From NCBI GenBank assembly GCA_903918595.1, contig CAIXFB010000269.1, positions 1-48,257 on the forward strand: 48,257 nt of DNA, read 5' to 3'. How positions within the stretch are numbered: the stretch's first letter is position 1; each line of letters opens with the position of its first letter. This stretch comes from an uncultured Actinomycetes bacterium. GTDB taxonomy: Bacteria > Actinomycetota > Actinomycetes > S36-B12. Of this stretch, positions 42,529-48,257 are shown in pieces. A program made the translations under genes and the position numbers. Below the pieces are notes generated by a model that was not told the origin of the DNA, searched no databases, and saw only the letters and a list, made by a program, of their open reading frames with translations.

Positions 42529-45500
42529 TCAACTCAGGCATGAAGGGCCTAAAAGTGCTTTGAGATCACCATACAGAGATGGGGAGGGGGTTACTCGGAG
42601 ACCATCGTCAAGACGGAGAACGGTGGTGTTCGCTCCCCCCGTAAGGTGCAAATGAACTTCGGTGGTACCTGGATGTGCTGCCAAAACTTCCTTGAGCCGT
42701 TCGACCAATGGGGGGATACACCGAGCAGCAGCCATGCTCAATCGCACAGGACCAGAGATCGCTTCAGAGGTGTCTGGTGCACTCACTTCCAGCGCGATAA
42801 CCCGGACACCTTCGTCATCGGATCGTTCCGCGCGCGCCTTGACGATGATGACCGTGTCGTCGACGAGCATCGTGCTGACCTGGGTATACGTCTGCGGGAA
42901 GACCATGATGTCAACGGATCCTTCAAGATCTTCAAGAGTGACGATGGCCCAGGCAGATCCTTTCTTGGTCGTCTTGCGTTGGACCGACGTCACCAAGCCA
43001 CCGAGGGTAACCACTGCAGTGTCGAGTCGATCGTCCATCAGAAGGGACGCAATGCTCCGGTCAGAAAGCTGCGCGAGCAAACCTTCGAGTCCCTGCAGGG
43101 GATGATCAGAAACGTATAGACCAAGCATGTCTCGCTCATGTGCCAGTAAAACGCTCTTTTCCCATTCGCCGACCGGAACAATTGGCCGTTCTACAAGCGA
43201 GGTCTCCTCATCAGCACCCAGTCCACCAAAGAGGTCGAACTGCCCAATTGCTTCTGCGCGCTTAATGTCGATGGCATTATCGAGAACAGATTCATGAATA
43301 AGCGTCAGGCCTTTTCTCGTGTGGCCCAAAGAGTCGAAAGCACCCGCTTTGATGAGCGACTCAACTACCCGCTTGTTACACACTGACGGTTCAACTTTTG
43401 CAATAAAATCGTGGAAATCAGCGAACCGACCAACACTTTTGCGGGTTGCCAAAATGGAATCGACAACGTTGCCACCCACGTTGCGAATTGCTGAGAGTCC
43501 GAATCGAATGTCAGTGCCGCGCGGCGTGAAATCGAAGTCTGAGTCATTCACATCGGGGGGAAGCACCTTGATGCCCATCCTTCGGCACTCGTTGAGATAG
43601 ATAGCCGACTTGTCTTTGTCATCTTTCACACTGGTGAGCAGTGCCGCCATGTATTCAGCCGGGAAATTAGCTTTCAGGAAGGCAGTCCAGTAGGACACCA
43701 ACCCGTAGCCAGCTGTATGCGCCTTATTGAACGCATAGTCAGAGAAGGGCACGAGAATTTCCCACAGGGTGCTAATTGCGCCATCTGAGTATCCGCGCTC
43801 ACGCATTCCATCTCGGAATGGCACAAATTCGGCATCCAAAATCGATTTCTTCTTCTTGCCCATGGCCCGGCGCAGTAGATCCGCCTTGCCTAGGGAATAT
43901 CCCGCCAGTTGCTGGGCGATAGCCATGACCTGTTCCTGATAGACGATCAGACCGTAGGTATCACCGAGAATTTCCGACAGCGGCTCTTCTAGTTCTGGGT
44001 GGATGGGCACAACTGGCTTTCGCCCGTTCTTTCGATCTGCGTAATCGTTGTGCGCGTTCGCACCCATGGGTCCAGGTCGATACAACGCGAGCACCGCGGA
44101 GATGTCCTCGAAATTGTCGGGCTGCATTGAGCGGAGCAGCGCGCGCATAGGGCCACCATCGAGTTGGAATACCCCCAAGGTGTCACCGCGAGATAGCAAT
44201 TCATAGGTGATCGGGTCATCCAGGGTGAGATCTTCCAGGACGATTCGGGAATCGCCATTCACCTCGATGTTATGAAGGCAGTCATCCAACACAGACAGGT
44301 TGCGCAGTCCCAGGAAATCCATCTTGAGCAGACCGAGTGATTCACACACACCCATGTCGAATTGGGTGATGACCGCACCGTCAAGTTCACGTCGCCATAA
44401 GGGAACTACATCAAGGAGTGGTTCACGACAGAGGATCACACCAGCTGCATGCACGCCGGGTTGACGTTTCAATCCCTCTAATGCTTTAGCTGTGTCGACA
44501 ACTTTCTTGACCTCTGGGTCGGTTTCATACAGTGCACGAAATTCCGCTGCCTCACCGTATCGAGACTCACTCGGATCAAAAACCCCCGCCAGTGAAAGGT
44601 CCTTGCCCATCACCGCAGGTGGCATGGCCTTGGTGATTTTGTCTCCGAGAGCGTATGGAAAACCCAATACTCGGGCACTGTCCTTAATCGCAGCCTTCGC
44701 TTTGATTGAACCGTATGTGACGATTTGCGCGACCCGCTCCTCGCCGTATTTTTCTGTGGCGTAGCGAATCATGTCCCCGCGACGGCGTTCATCAAAGTCG
44801 ATATCGATATCAGGCATCGAGATTCTTTCGGGGTTCAAGAATCGCTCGAAAAGTAAACCGTGTTCAATGGGATCTAAATCAGTGATGCCCAACGCGTAAG
44901 CGATCATCGCCCCTGCGGCTGACCCGCGACCTGGTCCCACACGGATTCCGCTTTCCTTTGCATGGCGGCAAAGGTCTGCGACCACCAGAAAGTAGCCGGG
45001 GAAACCCATTTGGATAACGACGCCGATCTCATACTCGGCCTGCTTGCGGACGTTTTCCGGGACCGAACCCTTGTACCGACGCAAGAGCCCTCGCTCGACC
45101 TCTTTGACCAACCACGACTCTTCCGACTCACCCTCAGGCACATCGAAAGCGGGCATGAGGTTGGCACCTTCGTTGAATGACACTTCGCAACGCTCGGCGA
45201 TGAGCAGGGTGTTATCGCAGGCCTCGGGGAACTCGGACCACACCGAACGCATTTCAGCCGAAGATTTCACATAGAAATCGCGGGCATCGAATCGGAAACG
45301 CTTGGGGTCATCCATCGTGGTTCGAGTGCCTATACACAGCAACGCTTCATGCATCTCGGCATCACCCGCGTGCACATAGTGCAAATCATTTGTTGCGACG
45401 AGTGGAAGCTTCAGATCGCGTGCGATTTTGATGAGGTCTTCGCGAAAACGTCTTTCGATGGCAAGACCGTGATCCATGACCTCACAGAAATAGTTCTCGG

Positions 45501-46065
45501 CGCCGAGAATGTCGCGCATATCTGCTGCCGCAGCCCGGGCTTTGTCATACTGCCCCGCCTGCAACCAGCGATTGACTTCACCACTGGGGCACCCTGTGGT
45601 GCCGATGATGCCTTTGCCATAGGTCTGGAGCAGATCGCGATCGAAACGAGGTTTGTGATACATCCCTTCCAAACTGGCAAGTGATGAGAGGCGGAAAAGA
45701 TTATGCATCCCGGGCGAATTCTCTGCCCACAAGGTCATGTGGGTGTAGCTATGTTTGCCGCGGCCAGCACCGGGGTCTTCCGGGGTGCCTTCATCGAACC
45801 CGCCACCGAAATCAAACGGCTTGCGCTCAAACCTGCCCTGGGGTGCGAAATATCCTTCAATCCCAATAATGGGTTTGATCCCGTGTGCTTTCGCGGTCTT
45901 GTAAAAATCGTAGGCGCCAAAGAGGTTGCCGTGGTCGGTCATGGCAACTGCCGGCATTTCTAGGCGTTTTGCCTCTGTAAAGAGGTCGTTTAACCGCGCG
46001 GCTCCGTCGAGCATCGAGTACTCGGTGTGCACATGGAGGTGTACGAACGAATCCTCCGAAGGCAT
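42529..46065 (-). CDS. dnaE: DNA polymerase III alpha subunit
   Basis: 1178 aa. PHP-domain start FVHLHVHTEYSMLDGA and polymerase core motifs (MPDIDIDF). Confidence 0.97.
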   Translation of the reverse strand: MPSEDSFVHLHVHTEYSMLDGAARLNDLFTEAKRLEMPAVAMTDHGNLFGAYDFYKTAKAHGIKPIIGIEGYFAPQGRFERKPFDFGGGFDEGTPEDPGAGRGKHSYTHMTLWAENSPGMHNLFRLSSLASLEGMYHKPRFDRDLLQTYGKGIIGTTGCPSGEVNRWLQAGQYDKARAAAADMRDILGAENYFCEVMDHGLAIERRFREDLIKIARDLKLPLVATNDLHYVHAGDAEMHEALLCIGTRTTMDDPKRFRFDARDFYVKSSAEMRSVWSEFPEACDNTLLIAERCEVSFNEGANLMPAFDVPEGESEESWLVKEVERGLLRRYKGSVPENVRKQAEYEIGVVIQMGFPGYFLVVADLCRHAKESGIRVGPGRGSAAGAMIAYALGITDLDPIEHGLLFERFLNPERISMPDIDIDFDERRRGDMIRYATEKYGEERVAQIVTYGSIKAKAAIKDSARVLGFPYALGDKITKAMPPAVMGKDLSLAGVFDPSESRYGEAAEFRALYETDPEVKKVVDTAKALEGLKRQPGVHAAGVILCREPLLDVVPLWRRELDGAVITQFDMGVCESLGLLKMDFLGLRNLSVLDDCLHNIEVNGDSRIVLEDLTLDDPITYELLSRGDTLGVFQLDGGPMRALLRSMQPDNFEDISAVLALYRPGPMGANAHNDYADRKNGRKPVVPIHPELEEPLSEILGDTYGLIVYQEQVMAIAQQLAGYSLGKADLLRRAMGKKKKSILDAEFVPFRDGMRERGYSDGAISTLWEILVPFSDYAFNKAHTAGYGLVSYWTAFLKANFPAEYMAALLTSVKDDKDKSAIYLNECRRMGIKVLPPDVNDSDFDFTPRGTDIRFGLSAIRNVGGNVVDSILATRKSVGRFADFHDFIAKVEPSVCNKRVVESLIKAGAFDSLGHTRKGLTLIHESVLDNAIDIKRAEAIGQFDLFGGLGADEETSLVERPIVPVGEWEKSVLLAHERDMLGLYVSDHPLQGLEGLLAQLSDRSIASLLMDDRLDTAVVTLGGLVTSVQRKTTKKGSAWAIVTLEDLEGSVDIMVFPQTYTQVSTMLVDDTVIIVKARAERSDDEGVRVIALEVSAPDTSEAISGPVRLSMAAARCIPPLVERLKEVLAAHPGTTEVHLHLTGGANTTVLRLDDGLRVTPSPSLYGDLKALLGPSCLS

Positions 46066-46074
46066 CTTCCTACC

Positions 46075-47019
46075 CTAACTTTTTGACGGTTGCTGGTCGC
46101 GCAGACGCTCCAGAGCAAACGCCAGATCATCGGGGTAAGCGCTCCGTACGGTGACCCGCTCCCCTGACACCGGGTGATCGAATCCCAGCTGCACCGCATG
46201 CAACCACTGCCTCTTGAGTCCCAGCCGGGCAGAAAGGACAGGATCAGCCCCATATGTGATGTCTCCGACACAGGGATGCTTCATCGCTGCCATGTGTACC
46301 CGAATTTGGTGAGTACGGCCGGTCTCCAAGTGAACCTGAACCAACGAAGCATGTGGCCAGGCTTCCTGAGTCTCATAGTGCGTGACACTCGGCCGACCGC
46401 CAGCAACCACCGCCCACTTGTACTCTGCCGTGGGGTGCCGATCAATGGGTGCATCCACTGTGCCGCGAAGCGGATCCAGTTGCCCCTGCACAACCGCGTG
46501 ATACTCCTTCTCAACCGTGCGCTCCTTGAACTGATGCTTCAAGGACGTGTAGGCGATCTCGCTCTTCGCGACCGCCATAGCACCTGAAGTTCCCACATCA
46601 AGTCGGTGCACGATCCCTTGCCGTTCAGCAGCCCCAGATGTCGATATGCGGTAGCCCGCAGCTGCCAGTCCACCCAAAACGGTGGGGCCGGTCCAGCCGG
46701 GGCTTGGGTGGGCAGCTACGCCTACTGGTTTGTCCACCACGACAACATCAGCATCGTCGTACAGGACATTCATCCCAGGAATCTCGATCGCCACAATTTC
46801 AGTCGCTGGCCGATCATCGACAGCATCCATGTCGACTTCGAGCCATGCGTTTTCATCGACACGGTCGGACTTGATGGCCGCCTTGCCATTCACTGCTACG
46901 GCGCCCGCATCGATGATCAGCACCGCACGGGATCTCGAAACCCCGAGGAGTCTGGTCAGGGCGACGTCAATTCGTTCACCTGCCAGACCCTCTGGCACCT
47001 GCATGGATCGCACTGTCAT
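46075..47019 (-). CDS. rluD: RluA-family 23S rRNA pseudouridine synthase
   Basis: 314 aa. An S4-like N-terminus ([19 protein letters not shown]) and the catalytic motif HRLDVGTSG. Confidence 0.9.
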   Translation of the reverse strand: MTVRSMQVPEGLAGERIDVALTRLLGVSRSRAVLIIDAGAVAVNGKAAIKSDRVDENAWLEVDMDAVDDRPATEIVAIEIPGMNVLYDDADVVVVDKPVGVAAHPSPGWTGPTVLGGLAAAGYRISTSGAAERQGIVHRLDVGTSGAMAVAKSEIAYTSLKHQFKERTVEKEYHAVVQGQLDPLRGTVDAPIDRHPTAEYKWAVVAGGRPSVTHYETQEAWPHASLVQVHLETGRTHQIRVHMAAMKHPCVGDITYGADPVLSARLGLKRQWLHAVQLGFDHPVSGERVTVRSAYPDDLAFALERLRDQQPSKS

Positions 47020-47597
47020 GCGGATACTTTCTGGCTGGATTTGCTGAATTCGACGCCACGAACCGAGAGCACCACCATCAAGATTGATGATCCGACGATC
47101 GCCATGTCAGCCACGTTGAAGATGGGAAAATTCGGAACTTGAATGAAATCAACGACATAGCCGCGAAAAGGACCAGGGTCACGTGTCATCCGATCGATGA
47201 GGTTGCCCAAGGACCCACCAAGTAGCCCACCAAGCGCGATTGCCCATGCTGGGTTGGTCAGGCGAGAAGCCGTTCGAATAATCACAATCACGACAACTAT
47301 CGCCACGGACGTGAAGATCCAGGTGAAACCTGTGCCAATACTGAAAGCGGCCCCGGTGTTCTCCGCATATGTGAACTTGAGCAGGCTTCCGACGATCTCA
47401 ATGGCGCCCTCGCCAGACTCGATTCGTTCCCGGATCGAGGTCGCAGCCCAGTGTTTGGTGAGTTGGTCGAGTAGCACGACTACAGCAGCCACAACGAAGA
47501 CCAGCCACAGGAGTCGACTGGGCGCCGGTGCCTGACCTTCTTCGTCGCTCACGCACTCACTGTACGCGCAGGGGACCTGAGCTCCTGCCACGGACAA
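47016..47597 (-). CDS. lspA: lipoprotein signal peptidase (signal peptidase II)
   Basis: Motifs: [31 protein letters not shown]. The ORF-track start is a TTG at 47597, directly abutting the upstream stop. An alternative GTG lies at 47552, so the start is uncertain. Confidence 0.88.
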   Translation of the reverse strand: MSVAGAQVPCAYSECVSDEEGQAPAPSRLLWLVFVVAAVVVLLDQLTKHWAATSIRERIESGEGAIEIVGSLLKFTYAENTGAAFSIGTGFTWIFTSVAIVVVIVIIRTASRLTNPAWAIALGGLLGGSLGNLIDRMTRDPGPFRGYVVDFIQVPNFPIFNVADMAIVGSSILMVVLSVRGVEFSKSSQKVSA

Positions 47598-48257
47598 CTA
47601 CATCAGGCGCTCTTCGGCCTGCTTACAACTCATGCACTGTGTCGCCCGAGGAAAGGCTTGGAGCCGATACTTGCCGATTGGCTTTCTGCATACTTCACAT
47701 TCGCCGTAGGTTCCATCACCTATGCGGCCGATGGCGTGTTCCACCTGCAAGAGCATGGCTCGGGAGTTGTTTGCCAGTGACATTTCATGCTCGCGCTCAA
47801 ATGTCTTGCTGCCCGCATCAGCTTGGTCATCGCCTGCGCCATCGCCCGAATCGCGGATCAAATCCTCGAGACCTGCTTCACTCACTGCTATCTCTTCAAG
47901 CAGACGGACTTTCTCTTCCTCCAATGCCTTGCGCATCTGAGTTAATTCAGTCTTGGTCCAGGGGCTTTCGTCCTCGCGGACCACGAGCGGCTTCTTTTTC
48001 TTGGTCAGCGCATTCTTGATCGGAACAACGGGCTTCGCCGGAGCAGCCTTCTTCACCGGAGCAGCCTTCTTCACCGGAGCAGCCTTCTTGACCGGAACAG
48101 CCTTCTTGACCGGAGCAGCCTTCTTGACCGGAGCAGCCTTCTTCACCGGAGCAGCCTTCTTCACCGGAGCAGCCTTCTTCACCGGAGCAGCCTTCTTCAC
48201 CGGAGCAGCCTTCTTCACCGGAGCAGCCTTCTTCACCGGAGCAGCCTTCTTCACCGG
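47598..48257 (-). CDS. DksA/TraR-family C4 zinc-finger protein with an N-terminal KKAAPV repeat tail (5' end beyond the window)
   Basis: C-terminal zinc finger CEVCRKPIGKYRLQAFPRATQCMSC. A coiled-coil region carries an acidic tip, DDQADAG, resembling the DksA DxxDxA tip. At least 12 KKAAPV units lie at the N-terminus. The reading frame stays open to the window edge; the M shown in the ORF track is an internal GTG Val. Confidence 0.8.
   Translation of the reverse strand, partial: PVKKAAPVKKAAPVKKAAPVKKAAPVKKAAPVKKAAPVKKAAPVKKAAPVKKAVPVKKAAPVKKAAPVKKAAPAKPVVPIKNALTKKKKPLVVREDESPWTKTELTQMRKALEEEKVRLLEEIAVSEAGLEDLIRDSGDGAGDDQADAGSKTFEREHEMSLANNSRAMLLQVEHAIGRIGDGTYGECEVCRKPIGKYRLQAFPRATQCMSCKQAEERLM
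48040..48257. repeat. 18-bp perfect or near-perfect tandem repeat, 12 full units plus a partial one, truncated by the window end
   Basis: The unit is GGAGCAGCCTTCTTCACC on the plus strand. Units begin at 48040, 48058, 48076 and so on up to 48238. Units 3 to 5 carry a synonymous change (CACC to GACC). Unit 4 also carries GCA to ACA (Ala to Val on the coding strand). The repeat is in frame with the DksA-like CDS. Confidence 0.95.

Noticed and set aside
48040-48257. Possible CRISPR array, given the regular short repeats
   Set aside because: The 18-bp units are directly adjacent with no spacers and are in frame within a CDS encoding KKAAPV. There are no cas genes. This is a coding tandem repeat, not a CRISPR array.
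1-48257. tRNA, rRNA or other structured RNA genes, and defence or toxin-antitoxin loci
   Set aside because: Apart from the riboswitch leader, every intergenic gap is about 110 nt or shorter. All sizeable ORFs are accounted for by housekeeping families, and nothing resembles defence, TA or phage genes.

Overview
This window is a compact, almost fully coding stretch of core chromosome with clear actinobacterial synteny, probably Micrococcales-like; GC looks moderate to high by eye but was not computed. I call 47 CDS. 45 lie on the minus strand, and about 20 junctions have 1-, 4- or 8-nt stop/start overlaps. Read along the minus strand from the high-coordinate end, the order is:
- a DksA/TraR-like gene, lspA, rluD, dnaE and a membrane protein
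- a two-gene plus-strand islet (Lon N-domain protein, ybaK)
- hisD-C-B-H-A(priA type)-F-I
- trpE and two small membrane proteins
- an OmpR-type response regulator, a histidine kinase and a DUF2752 protein
- trpC-B-A, a DsbA-like gene and lgt
- gltB-gltD and pyk
- pyrR-B-C, a membrane protein, carA-carB, pyrK-pyrD and pyrF
- mihF, gmk, rpoZ, coaBC, metK, priA, def, fmt and the start of rsmB

Two cis-regulatory RNAs can be read directly: a SAM-IV-type riboswitch ahead of metK, and a PyrR-binding hairpin that overlaps the pyrR ribosome-binding site. I see no tRNA or rRNA genes, CRISPR arrays, transposases, integrases, prophage genes or defence genes.

I did not find a convincing novel multi-gene system; most of the window is ordinary housekeeping DNA. 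The items most worth a second look are:
- the translationally coupled RR-HK-DUF2752 module wedged inside the trp cluster
- a near-perfect 18-bp tandem repeat (at least 12 units, cut by the window edge) encoding a KKAAPV tail on the DksA-like zinc-finger protein
- a roughly 24-bp divergent hisD/Lon-N start region, which implies leaderless transcription
- a PriA homologue with degenerate ATPase motifs
- a conserved gene of unknown function inside the pyr operon

All family assignments come from motif recognition by eye and need HMM or BLAST confirmation.
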